NCBI GenBank assembly: GCA_002633005.1
Contig: NMRA01000004.1
Span: 1,528,049-1,592,048 of the forward strand
Direction of reading: 5' to 3'
From: Phoronis australis
Taxonomy: Eukaryota > Animalia > Phoronida
Length of the DNA stretch: 64,000 bases
Shown: positions 35,501 to 46,437 of the stretch, piece by piece
Layout of the letters: each line of letters starts with the position of its first letter
Position numbering within the stretch: position 1 is the stretch's first letter
Notes under the pieces: model-generated
The model's database searches: none
What the model was told of the DNA's origin: nothing
What the model saw: only the letters and a program-made list of their open reading frames with translations
Translations under genes and position numbers: made by a program

Positions 35501-37366
35501 GTAGAACAGCAAACATCAGACATTCAGTTCTTTTAGTGTTGTGAGCATGAATGGAACTCTCCCTTGACAGAATTTTTTGACCATGACTTTTTTATACATT
35601 CACTCCCAATAACTCAAAAAGCTTTGCAACCAAATTCATAATAAACAATGGTCATTTAGTTTTTGACAACATAGGTAAAGTTTAATCATCTATCTGGTGG
35701 TGACCATAACTTGCTGAATTGCCATGATTTCTGTTTTAGAAATTTTGAATGGGTGAACCCTTTAAATTTACCAGTGGTAATTTGATGGCATATAATTATC
35801 ACAAAGAATTTGTAAAAAAGTCCCACTGCCTCAAATTTAAATCCAAATCACTGGTGAATGGTAGGGTCACTGAATGTTGTCCACCAACCACCATGTGGTA
35901 ACATAGCTTTTTTCAGTATGTCGCGGCTATGTCAAATGCATAGTTCACATTTGAACACATTTTCGTGACTGTGGCCTTATTTTATTGTAATTTCTTCAAT
36001 TTAAATCACATGTTTCTTCATGTCTTATTGGCATCGATGCCCACATCTGCTTGAAGGCTGTACATTTTTCAGTTTTGTGCAGACATTGGGCACTTGATTT
36101 TTTCAACCAAATTTGACCTCTACTATTTCTTGGAAACAGTTGAGGAATGCCGTACATGACGTAGACTACAGTTTGCTGCGCCAGCTACACGATTTACTCA
36201 ACATCCTGAGGTCATGCAAAGGCAGTCGAGAGTGTACAATCAAGTTTAAAACAAAGGACAAGTCACATGGTACGTACTTATTTAGTAGGTTAATGTCGAC
36301 ACCTAATCAGGAGTCCGTTTGTCAAAGAATATTGCCTTTTGACTTTTGGGGAAAGACAAGTCTACGAATGGCGCAGTCTGTTTCACAAAATCAGGCGAAG
36401 GCTAAAAATCAGGAAATCTGTTTTAGAACTCTAGATAAAAGTTTCTTGCAGGAAAAGCGAGATCATGCTGTACCACACAATATAATGCGAGTGTAAGGCG
36501 AGTGTTTTGGGACTATACTTGAGATCTTACTAGTGTAACCTAGCAAAACGACTGCCTTGTCAGTGTTTGGTCAGTGAGGTTGGAATGTTTAACATGTATT
36601 ATGCGACAGAATTTACTGTTTTTGTGCCATAAGTGAACATTTCTTGCCTGCGTGACTAATGTCCTGGCTCAGACTAAGTGATTGGTGAACATGTCTATGG
36701 CATAGGGTGTTATGGGGATTATGCTAGCTATAGCCAGAGGACCACTTAATCAAATATTGTGAAAGATATAAAATTTAAACACTAACCAGCACTCAGTAAA
36801 AGGGTTTTGTGTAAATTAGTTATTGTTTTGGTCTTACAGTGAAGAGTAGAATACTCTGTTTGTTGTAATAAAATGTCCAAAACCAATCATTTCCCATTAA
36901 AACCATATTAATTAACCTGTAATGTCATGATACATTGTCATATTCACATACATTGTCATTAAAATCAGTAAAATTGATTCTCACCTGCTTATTAGGATAT
37001 GTAACTTCACATTTCTGTCTAAATACAAACCTGTTTCATCTTCAGTTCATTTGCCTTGTCGAAACTCAGCTTTTAGCTGACTCGTATTCACCCAACAATA
37101 CCCAAACAAAAACCCAAACGTTTACGATAATTCTTTCGAACCTGTAGGGATATTACATCAATAGTGAGGATATTCTGGTGTTCATAGTGTCACGTTACAT
37201 TACACAAGTTGTAAATGACAGTCAGTGCAAAAGAGAAACTAGAGGATTTATGTTGTATATATGTCCCGTGGATAGTAACAATCGCTTGTATTTTCTAGAG
37301 GGTCCCATGGTTGGACCAGGTCCTGTAGATGGCGCTAGACTGGAAGGCTCACCATGGACTTATTGA
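20409..37366 (+). CDS. Sulf1: Extracellular heparan-sulfate 6-O-endosulfatase (Sulf1/Sulf2 homolog), spliced gene, ~18 coding exons, ~760 aa
   Basis: Signal peptide, [24 protein letters not shown] (CxPxR formylglycine motif), [49 protein letters not shown], a basic hydrophilic domain, and C-terminal FCAC...NNSYWCVR...HNFLYCEF...DPYQL. The GT-AG exons join in consistent phase. Confidence 0.95.
20655..22234. repeat. ~120-bp tandem repeat array (about 4 units) plus unique tail, the whole block duplicated across an N at 21450
   Basis: Unit ggctataaagtattaatatataaccgcatatttttcaaaatccttgtagagcactgtaagactgccaagacattt...; block 20672-21449 recurs at 21451-22234. Confidence 0.9.
22502..22741 (+). CDS. 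Sulf1: Sulf coding exon 2 (catalytic CCPSRSS motif)
   Basis: ttttgcag|GSMQFMPKT...[15 protein letters not shown]...GYSN g|gtaag. Confidence 0.95.
24130..24954. mobile_element. MITE-like dispersed repeat, copy 2, interrupted by a ~550-bp insertion (~24320-24869)
   Basis: Colinear with 8466-8747 on both sides of the insertion. Confidence 0.7.
25061..25286 (+). CDS. Sulf1: Sulf coding exon 3
   Basis: ttgtag|[12 protein letters not shown]...RNSRFYNYT...[11 protein letters not shown]...NPE aa|gtac. Confidence 0.92.
26490..26585 (+). CDS. Sulf1: Sulf coding exon 4
   Basis: ttctag|g [31 protein letters not shown] ag|gtact. Confidence 0.92.
26947..27097 (+). CDS. Sulf1: Sulf coding exon 5
   Basis: tttcag|a [14 protein letters not shown]...[16 protein letters not shown]|gtgac. 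Confidence 0.92.
27545..27720 (+). CDS. Sulf1: Sulf coding exon 6
   Basis: tttaag|[28 protein letters not shown]...RGPGIRRGV ag|gtaat. Confidence 0.92.
28837..28965 (+). CDS. Sulf1: Sulf coding exon 7
   Basis: gtcaag|g [19 protein letters not shown]...MDGKSI...PN aa|gtgagt. Confidence 0.9.
29565..29615 (+). CDS. Sulf1: Sulf coding exon 8 (51 bp)
   Basis: acag|a [16 protein letters not shown] gg|gtaagt; resembles vertebrate WRDxFLVERG. Confidence 0.85.
30915..31035 (+). CDS. Sulf1: Sulf coding exon 9 (start of hydrophilic domain)
   Basis: atttag|a KVTGRM...[15 protein letters not shown]|gtacg. Confidence 0.85.
31310..31450 (+). CDS. Sulf1: Sulf coding exon 10 (3' end uncertain)
   Basis: ttgcag|[19 protein letters not shown]...CVC...; donor chosen as agg|gtattg (phase 0), with alternatives at 31420 and 31445. 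Confidence 0.7.
31939..32012 (+). mobile_element. tRNA-derived (SINE-like / pseudo-tRNA) sequence in a Sulf intron
   Basis: Acceptor stem gtcctca/tgggggc, A-box tagtttagtggt, B-box ggttcgattcc; anticodon arm imperfect with loop ccggtag (GGT); associated with the direct repeat gggctcctgattttt. Confidence 0.65.
32531..32573 (+). CDS. Sulf1: Sulf small coding exon 11 (43 bp)
   Basis: ttttgcag|[14 protein letters not shown] g|gtaagt; the phase fits the next exon. Confidence 0.65.
32673..32818 (+). CDS. Sulf1: Sulf coding exon 12
   Basis: ttttcag|(D)[16 protein letters not shown]...[16 protein letters not shown]|gtaagt (HD coiled-coil region). Confidence 0.88.
33125..33219 (+). CDS. Sulf1: Sulf coding exon 13
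   Basis: ttgcag|KIRKHLK...QCEC...KPR gt|gtaagt. Confidence 0.85.
34152..34186 (+). CDS. Sulf1: Sulf basic microexon 14 (35 bp, [11 protein letters not shown])
   Basis: tttcag|...g|gtgagt; bridges the phase-2 donor at 33219 to the phase-1 acceptor at 34564. Confidence 0.75.
34564..34665 (+). CDS. Sulf1: Sulf coding exon 15
   Basis: accag|[34 protein letters not shown] t|gtatgt; compare vertebrate CSxPGLTCFTHDNxHWQTAPFW. Confidence 0.88.
34987..35129 (+). CDS. Sulf1: Sulf coding exon 16
   Basis: ttgtag|[47 protein letters not shown]|gtagg. Confidence 0.93.
36140..36269 (+). CDS. Sulf1: Sulf coding exon 17
   Basis: aacag|[32 protein letters not shown]...SH g|gtacgt. Confidence 0.9.
37299..37366 (+). 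CDS. Sulf1: Probable Sulf terminal coding exon ([22 protein letters not shown])
   Basis: ttttctag acceptor, compatible with phase 1; followed by an AT-rich 3'UTR-like stretch up to AATAAA at 38218. Confidence 0.55.
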
Positions 37367-38217
37367 TCATCAAGCATGTAACTGTTGACTATGGGATGAA
37401 TCATCACATTTAAGGTTATGTAGGACCTTATGAACAAGCCTGTCATTGCTTCTCTTGTGTCAGTAAAAATTTCTTTTTGAGGGCATCTTCCATCTTCCTC
37501 ACTTTTGAACAATGAACCTTGAGTGACAATGTTACACTGGTGTTTTTAATTTGAGTAAAAAAGTTTTTCTATTAATGCATTTCCATAATTTTTGGTAAGG
37601 AATTCATCAGTGTAGGCCATGCTTTTTAGTTTAGAGGTTTGTGGAAAGTTTTAACTTGAGAAAAATGCATTTTTGTATGGAAGATTTTTTTACATTTAGG
37701 CACCAACTTTAATTTATATTTCTAAATGAGTTAGAGATATGGCCAATAATTTTGCAAAATAGGTTCAGTGTCCAAAATTAAAAAGAATTACTGTAGTAAG
37801 TGTTTCTGGATTGTTTGAAGTACTGAAAGATATTTGTTTTCATTTGTGATCTGATTTTGACTGTTACTTGCCCTTGAACAATACTTTAATTAAGTAAAAA
37901 TTTTTCATTTATTCTGCGCACACATATATTTTTGTCATATAGCATTTTAGTGCTTAGTGTCCTGTTGACGTATACTTATGACCTATGTTCCATTTGCAGT
38001 GCTATTCAAAAGGTCAGTAGAATTATGTTGAAATGTGTGGTACTCATTTATCATTAATTCATTTTGATTTAGTATTTTTCCAAGTGACTTAACATTTCTA
38101 GTTTTTTATGATTCGACAATGTGCAGGTTGAAGCTCGTGATCTATGTTTTTGGCCATTGTCAGTCAGTTGTTAAACTTGTGTAGCTTGTGTTTCATGTTC
38201 TTTTTGTACTGATGTTA

Positions 38218-38223
38218 AATAAA
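38218..38223 (+). terminator. Probable Sulf polyadenylation signal
   Basis: AATAAA ~850 bp after the stop, with T-rich sequence downstream. Confidence 0.45.
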
Positions 38224-38252
38224 ATTCACTATTCTCTACTTTTCTGTTAAAC

Positions 38253-38383
38253 CAGGGGTGGATCCAGGGTTTTTTAAAAAGGGGGTTGAAGTTAACAATT
38301 TGAAAATTCTAGATTTGATATTGCTAAAATCAAGGGGAAAATGGGAGGGTCCCGACCCCTTAATCTCCCTGGATCTGCCTATG
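38253..38383. mobile_element. hAT-like MITE (131 bp) with 5-bp TSD (TAAAC)
   Basis: taaac|caggggtggatccaggg ... ccctggatctgcctatg|taaac. Confidence 0.75.
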
Positions 38384-39083
38384 TAAACCGTCTAAAACAT
38401 CATTTATCTGTAGTTTGAAGTTTTATGGGCCTCAGAAACAGCATGCAATGAAATTTTAAACATGAAACTCTATACAACCCAGTTTTTGTTTGTTTTTTTG
38501 TTTTTGTTTTTCATATAGCAACTGCTATTGAATGCTGCACTGACTTCTGCTGATTCTAGCTTTCTCAGAGTCCTTTCATAAGTTCATAATAACACATGCT
38601 GTTTTACAGGCACACAATACAACAGCTGCCCAATATTTATGAAAGTCAAGCATGATTTGCATTTTTGTATGCATTTGTTTCTAGGCTGTTAAGTGACACC
38701 ATGCACGAAAAAGAAGGCACAAAATTAGTGTTATAGTTGTTATGTTTGTTTGAACCTTAGTAAGGGGTGTTGTTTTGTTCTAGTAGGTGGATTAGCTCTT
38801 GAGTACTGCTGGTGTTGAGCTCTTGCTATGATGAATTGTCTCAAAGGTGCTTTGTCTCTGAAATTGCAGATTTTTGGATGGAAAGTTGGTTGCTCTGCAA
38901 CCAGATTTTAAACCATAGTAGTTGCTGTGGCAAAAAAGTCTGGTTAGCACACCACCTGTAGCCACATCAGGTGACCTAATAAATATAAGTCTGAAAAGAT
39001 TTCTGCCCCAACCCGACTCGAACCTGGAACCTTTAGCTAAGATTTACATATTTATGTATATATATAGTAGTTACTAAATGAGG

Positions 39084-39105
39084 ATATATATATATATATA
39101 TATAT
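39084..39105. repeat. (AT)n microsatellite
   Basis: atatatatatatatatatatat. Confidence 0.9.
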
Positions 39106-39734
39106 CACTTTTCTATGGCTGTAATGGAGGGATCAAAGGCGCACCATGTTCGGGTGTCTTCCTGTTTTAATCCCACTTTAGGCTCTGTTGCTGTGGTTGT
39201 AAAATAATGACACATTTTTTCCAAGACTAAACTCTTTCTATATTTTTCAGCTCCATCAAGTTAATGTTTCTTTGGATTGATGCTATAGCTAAAATCACCA
39301 TCTATTGGCTTACCCATGTGCCTATGTTTGAAAAAAATCTGAATATAGACCCCTGGGTCTATTTTCAAAGCTGCAGTTAAAAATTTGTACGTTTATAGAT
39401 TTTCCCTAAATGAGTTGTCCGCCTCTATTGTCAAGCAACTGGAGGCTTTAGGAGAAACGGCGGATTTCAAGGTATCATAGCATGTCGTTTCTTTTGGATT
39501 ATCTGCAAACCACAAATCTTAGGAAATGATACAATAAATTCTCTTAATTTCACGTATTTGTCCTCGTAGTCGCTGGTACATTTTCTATTAATTTATAGGA
39601 ACTATTTTTCAAAAGTACGGCTGGGCTTACATTTGGGCTTCCTGCTGAAAGGTTAAAATATTCCATTTTCCAATGTTCTGTCTGAGAGTTTCTATTGGAA
39701 ATCCCCTGTAATATCTCCATTTATCTTTTAACAG

Positions 39735-39929
39735 CATGCGCGCACCCAGCCTGAAATATAGGTTAGCTCGAATTTCTCGACATGGGGACCATTTACTGAT
39801 CAAAATCAACGAGGACTGTGTCCTTTGTGGACTTCAGTGTCGTTTACTCGGCCTTTTTTCACTCAGGCGGACCTTTTTGCCCAGTTCGCCAAATTGGGAA
39901 ATTGCCCCCCCCCCCCGGGTGCGCCCATG
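39735..39929. mobile_element. Short TIR element (MITE)
   Basis: catgcgcgcaccc ... gggtgcgcccatg with a subterminal C-run; TSD not clean. Confidence 0.5.
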
Positions 39930-42900
39930 GATAGACTTCATAACTATCTCTGCTGATGGACTTGCTGGATCAAACTATCGGGTTCTCAGCATACATTGTG
40001 CTTTCCTTTCGCAGCCACCTTGCCATTTCTCGGTAAAACTTTCAATATTAAAGTTTTTAACACCTGATAAATAAATGCTGCAGCTTTGCTGTTCATTGAA
40101 AATTGAATGGAGACTTTTATTTCACATTTTCATTACCTTGTGTCTGTTTTACATTTCATCGTGTTTATCCAACCATTTCGTATTGTATAATGTATATTTC
40201 ATAAACATTCTTAAAGTATGCACTGCTAACGGTGGTTAGAGTTTGTCTTTGCCCTTTTTTATTGTCAGTTTTGTCAGGTCACAATCCTGGACTTTTGATT
40301 ACTGTGATCTGAGAGAAAATTTTGAAATAAGTAGTTATACTTTTCTTGTGTCGTTTCTCAATTTTGCTACTAATAAACTTTTAAATGCTTCATACATTAT
40401 TGTTAATTCTATGAAGATTAATCCTCTTCACGCTCTTTAATACATGACCACTCGGAGCGACAATTTGTCACCACTCACTTGGACTACTTGTCTTTGATTT
40501 TTGTTGGTTTTACATGACACTGAAGTTGGAAGTGATCACGACAAGTTTTCCGGGGCAATATTAACTCGCTCTATCTCTAAAAGCGACGACTGGTTGTTGA
40601 CGGCCACAAAATTGCGTTACGTATGCAATTTCTTTCGATGACAAGTCAATTTTACTGCCGTGTTATGTAATGAGCAACGATTTTTAGGTCGAAGAGTCAC
40701 TACTGGTAATTAAAATTACCCGCGTAGTTATGCCCGTAATATTCCATGCATGTGTACCGTATTGGCAAACGCCGCCTGGAGGTAAACCATAATGCTTCTT
40801 TACCTAGTGGCTTTTTTCTACATACTGTGAAGTACCAGGCACAACACATTCAAGATTGTCGAAAATTACTGAAATGGGTACATAAGACAATACCAAAATG
40901 AATTACTCAAAAACTATTCAACACAATTTCGCCAACACCCTCTCCTTTACAGGCTACAGGGATATGCAAGCGCCATGGCGCCTCTCGAGAAGTGTTGTTT
41001 ATTTAAACAGAAATCTTGAAAGAAGCATTAAGATGTTGCATATTTTAGGCCTAAGTCTTTTGCCAGGTTACAAAAATACGACCCATAGTGTTACAGTGAA
41101 GGAGCATTAGAATTAACCTCAACAAAGAACAAATTTCTGCCACGATTCCGGCGAAAAGATGTCTTTCAGAATGCTGCAGCTATTAGGATGGTTCACAATA
41201 TTCATTCCCTGGCTCAGTTATATTCAATATCTTTGTTCTAATACTATTTTGTCATCTACAGTATTCATGTTCCACTTACAGTTATGCTAATAAGACATCG
41301 TGTGCGGTAATGGGGTTTATATTAACAATAAGCTTTTGAATGCAAATTATAAAATTAGCGTCAAGTACTTTCTGAAAGCAGAATTGAGGGTGTAAAATTT
41401 AACTTTGGATTTTCTTCCATATTCTGTCACTGACTGGGTCGCGTAACAATTTATTCCAGGCAGACACGCTGTCACAGTTGTCAACTAATTTTGTGTAACT
41501 TTTATTTTTTGAAACGTAAAATACTCATTTCCCGTAGTCAGTATTTGAAAGTTAACCCGACCAGTGAGGTTCCAAAATGTTACCAATTTTCCCAGGTTAC
41601 AAATAACCGCAACTAGATGCTAGGCCAAGGGTGCTGGTGATTTTGCCGTTTCAATGAATTTGTTGCACTAAAATGGTGTATGTGAAGCCTCTTCTTATGA
41701 ACTTGAATGACAGACTTCCAAGATACTGCCTACAAACCATGAGAAACTTCTTGGGAGTTGTGATCTATCAGATACAAACTTAGCCTAGTACTTCCACAAA
41801 AGTGCCCTTTCATTCCCTGTATGGATCTGACTGCGTCAAAGCCAATGTTCTTGCCCATACATGAAATTTTGAGGTCTTTAGTGATTAAGGTAGAATGTTT
41901 CTATCAACGTTTATTGAGCGGAACCTTTAAAATCTCATTAAACATACTGAGAAACCTTGGTGTAAACTTAAAGTCGATCGGCACTTTGTGATCTGTCGAG
42001 TATCATTCCCGGTGTTCTCAGTATATTCAATAAACTCGGACGTCCGTATTTATGCCCGCCAAACAACTTTAGTAGCTATAATGAAAGTTTGAGTCACTTG
42101 AACCCGTGTCATCTTCTCTCTCAAATTAGAAGTAATTGAACTTACATATCATTGCAGGCCAGCAGCCAAATCACGACGATTCAAGCACGATGGCCGTCGT
42201 AGGCATGCAAACACGCTGACGTTGCTTTGAACGCGTAAACCAAATACACCAGTACATGTAGCTCATTTATCGCGTACTTTAAAAAAATTTAAAAATCGCG
42301 AGTCGTGATGAAACCGGCATACCTTTTGATTTACACTTTTTATTTCTGCAATTGGCCTCTTAACTTATTCACTTTATCTGAGAATTGTTTTGTGGTCTGA
42401 TCCAAGAGCGATATAGTAGATTACGTCCGTTATTTACAGACTCAGAGAGATAAGTCAACCCATTTGTCACATTCGGACACGATTCTGGTAATTTTCAAGG
42501 CAAGATTTGAGCACCTAATTATCCATGCTCATCTTCATAAAGAATTGTTAAAATGTGCTTAGCTTATTGGGCAGAGTAGGCCTATACGGATCAGTTGATT
42601 TCTGCTGACATGAATACAAGACACGACGCAAGTTTTCCGTACATACGAGATCACGCTAAAACGACAAAAATTAAAAAATCTCAAGTGTGAAAAAACAAAA
42701 AAAATGTCGAAACTGAACGACCCCTGATAAAAAGGCCTACTCCCACTTCTCAAACAGCAACTCAATTACCGATTACCTTTGTGTGCTTAACTCACACTTT
42801 CTCTTTGTAAGGTGTGGCGCTTTAGGGTTATCCACCGGAACCAGCACTCAGCAGTGGCTGATGATTTCGGCCGCGCTCTCACAGTGAGTCCCGCGGTCAC

Positions 42901-42988
42901 TAGCTCGGCCTCTCGGCCACTCATATTGACAAGATGCCAGCAGGCATTTATCAAAAATTGCTGAGCAACCTCCTATTGTGGTGCCAGG

Positions 42989-43130
42989 CAGTGGCAGATC
43001 GATCTACGTTTTCAGTAAGGGGGGGGGGGTTTAGCACTTCCCGCAAAGGTCGAATCCGAGGCGCGTGGCGCCGAGCGGGGGTGGTCAGAAGGAGGGTTGA
43101 CCCCCTCCCGTGTAAGACATTTTTTGTTTT
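42989..43130. mobile_element. Terminus of the same hAT family as 5074-7175, cut by an assembly gap (N at 43131)
   Basis: cagtggcagatcgatctacgttttcagtaagggggggg closely matches the reverse complement of 7141-7175. Confidence 0.75.
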
Positions 43131-43945
43131 NACCTATTGACCAATTTTCATGTTCTTCTATCAACTGTGAGGTTGCGTACATGTCATAACAATCGGAAGT
43201 GGTTTCATTTCGTTACAAGTTTTTACTATTTTAATACCAGAAAATCCAATTTCAGAACAAACTCTCTAGAAATATCACAAAATTTTAGGAAATAGCGCAT
43301 ACGTGCGCGTGACACGAGTATGCACTGTTTTCAAAACGACGACAGATTTTCCATTGTTACCGGTACAACGCGGAGAATTACGAAAAATAAGGTTTATTAG
43401 ATTTTTGTAATTCTATGAATGGCCGTAACGGGCAAGGTGAATGACTCAGTTTATTCCCAGATTCTGCATGCGTCCCTGCAGGTTGTTAGCACTAATTTTC
43501 ACGATGAGGTGACGAGCTGAACACCCGCGGTGTGAAATTTCGGTGTTCAACGGAGCTATACACACGGCTACCTATCTGCAGTGTGTCATTGACGATAGTC
43601 TTCATACAGCTAACTGGCTTTCTACCTCAGTATGTACATTTATGGTGCAACTTTAATTTGTAAATACATCTAGAAAGTTTTTGTACCATACAATATTTTA
43701 AATGCATTCTATAGTTTTCACTTTAAAAGAATATCTGATTACCGTACTTTGTGTTACAGCAGGGTCAAATGTTCTGGAAAGAAATTTGTACTGCTTGGGG
43801 AAAGAATCCCGTAACCCGCACCTTGCCTACTAATATCTGACAGCTTTGAACACGGTCACTTCAAGAAGTATAATTCCTGTCTCTTGCGATGAACACTCAG
43901 TTCACTCTTAGGTGAGCTATTTCTTTCCCTGCCTGGGCATTTCCC

Positions 43946-43985
43946 ACTAGCTGCTACCCATGCGAAAGCAGGGGTAACGGCTAGT
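43946..43985 (+). mobile_element. Helitron-like 3' terminus (hairpin + CTAG|T)
   Basis: actagctgctacccatgc-gaaa-gcaggggtaacggCTAGt. Confidence 0.5.
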
Positions 43986-44574
43986 ATAAATATAACTGCC
44001 ACAAAACGTATTAAAATTTTGAAAATATTACTTATTGATCAGCTTGTTGAAAGTTGTCTCATTGCTGTACAAAATATCTTGTTTGAAAGACAAATGATTG
44101 TTGTCCAGTGATACACCCCATGGCCTTCCACAATTTTTAGCATTCCCCTTTTCTTCAACATATTTTGTTCTTACTGGAAAGAGCAATGGAATTGATGCAT
44201 TTTCTTCAATGTCACATTGGCTAAGGGGCAAGTTTTACTCAAACACTGGTCTAGGTGCATTTCTCACCTCAATGCTTATCCTAGGCCATCAGCTGTAGCT
44301 AATGAGTTCAAACCAGCCAAAGCTGTTTTCATTGATGTAAATGTTATGTAATCAGTACCCTACACAAAGATCTTCCTCTGCAGTGTAGGCTTGTTATCAG
44401 ATCAGGTTATGTAATGTAGATAAACTTAGCACAGGGAAGCTGTGAGTGTGATTGGGGGTTTCTGAAAGTATAGGGCCATGACACTGTTGGTAGAGAGAAT
44501 GTGAGGTGGTTTTGGACCACTGAATGTTAAATATTTCACTTTTTATGCAAAGTTCATCAATTTTCATTTCTCTC

Positions 44575-44746
44575 CAGGGGCGGATATACGGGGTCTCGAA
44601 TTTTTGGGTTTGTGGACCATATTACTAAAAAGAAACGGGATTTGTTCAAGGCCTATGCATTCTGCATTTGCCTCCCCCTGCCTGCGCGCATATGCTAGTC
44701 AGCAATTTGCACCCTGAACAGCCAAATGAAATGTGCGCCACCACTG
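44575..44746. mobile_element. Degenerate hAT-like MITE with near-perfect 5-bp TSD
   Basis: ctctc|caggggcggat ... ccaccactg|ttctc. Confidence 0.45.
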
Positions 44747-46437
44747 TTCTCAACAGTATGAGAGAAACTCTCCAATGTAGCCAAACATCTTAAAACCAGG
44801 TCATGAACATTCCCACTAAATGAGGTTATGTCAAATCCTACTGATCAGGGAAAAATGGGGTTCAACAGATTGAACTAGAGGGTATTTATCCACCTAGAAT
44901 GTGTTGCACTGGCTGGCTTCAGGATCAAAGGATCCCTCCTAGCTGATCTATTCATCAAGTCATCAGCAAGGATAATTGGCTTCGCTCATGCGAATACGAT
45001 CAGCTGATTACAATCTAGCCCTGATGACCATACTTTTTATGGAGAGCATTTTGTGTAAATATTGGTAAAACTGAATTTTTCAAATCGGCACAGGAGAATG
45101 ATTTTGCAACACAGCAACGCTCACGATTACGTTCATTAGGCGCAAAAATTTACGACCTACTCAGTGTGTTATTTAGATTTTGAGCATAATCTAAAAATTT
45201 CTCGGTGATCTTAAAATCAATTTTGGCACATAAAAATGACGGTAAAATTTTGCTACCTGACATTTATGAAATGGAGCTGGATTTTGGCTAGGATGCAAAA
45301 TGCGACCTGGCGATATTCAGTAATGTTGAACCCTGCAGGAACACGATAAAATGAATTTGGATTTTGACAATAGTCTTCATACAGTTATAGCTGGGTCAGG
45401 TGACTTGGGTATCACTGTTTCTCCATTAGACTGAAATTTCACACAGCCCTAGTAGTTCTGCTTGTCATCTCGTGATATGTTATCAACATGTACATGTAGA
45501 GCCAACACTGCGGTAAATAATTAAGTTTATTCCAGTAAGAGTATCGTTTTAGTGACTAATTTTTTGTAACATTTTGGGTTATTTTCGTACCCGCTTCGCT
45601 GTAAAGCTGCATACTTAGTATACAACTTTTCACCAAGGCTTGGTGCTGCGAGATATTTTTTGTTGCTCATAGATTGCTGCCAATTTTTGCTTGTTTTCAT
45701 AACCTATGAGGATGGTATATAATAACAATGTTGCAATTTGAATTTTAATGTTTGCTTAATTCTTATTGACTTTTTAAAATGCTTAAGGCAAAAGACTAGC
45801 AGAAATGCCCACTCTCAAAATACAAGTTACATATGCTGAAATGCTTAACCTGCCAGGTTATGTTTGAAGCTGTGCCTGTAACACAATGTGGATGAGTAAC
45901 AAAAGGGGCAACTTTTACAGTCAAGCTTTTGATCTATCTGTGGGGCCATAATTATACTTGGAGTTATGACTGAGACTTCCATGGTGTTTTACTACCATAA
46001 TCATTATATCCAATTAGAAATTGGTTTATAGATCATGTGAGCTCTGAAGCAATTAAACTGTGGTAGTTTTACGTTTAAAATTTTGCGCATGTTATGAAGT
46101 CTTAGGTACAAAGGATATGATTACAAAAGGTTTAAAATATCAATAACTGACTGATTTTTTTACCTCAGTCTAGGTCGTAATTATGCTCATAATATTAAGC
46201 GAAAAATGTTTGTAGTAAAACAAACGAAGTCTCAGTCGTAATTACAAGTTAAAAGTGAACAATTCTATTTGCAAAGTCAACTGGTTGTGTATACGTGCAC
46301 CACAGATCATACATTTTTGTTTGACTGGTTGCAAATGCCAACGAGTCGATGGCAGTCGTCAAAGTAGCCAAACAATCAGCCAATTTTTAACCGACGTCCA
46401 TGCTGAGCAATCATCAGCCAGTTTAATATGCGACTGC

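Noticed and set aside
36270-36496. Sulf C-terminus by read-through of the 36113-36496 ORF
   Set aside because: Sulf similarity ends near a good donor (g|gtacgt) at 36269; intron retention cannot be excluded but is unsupported.
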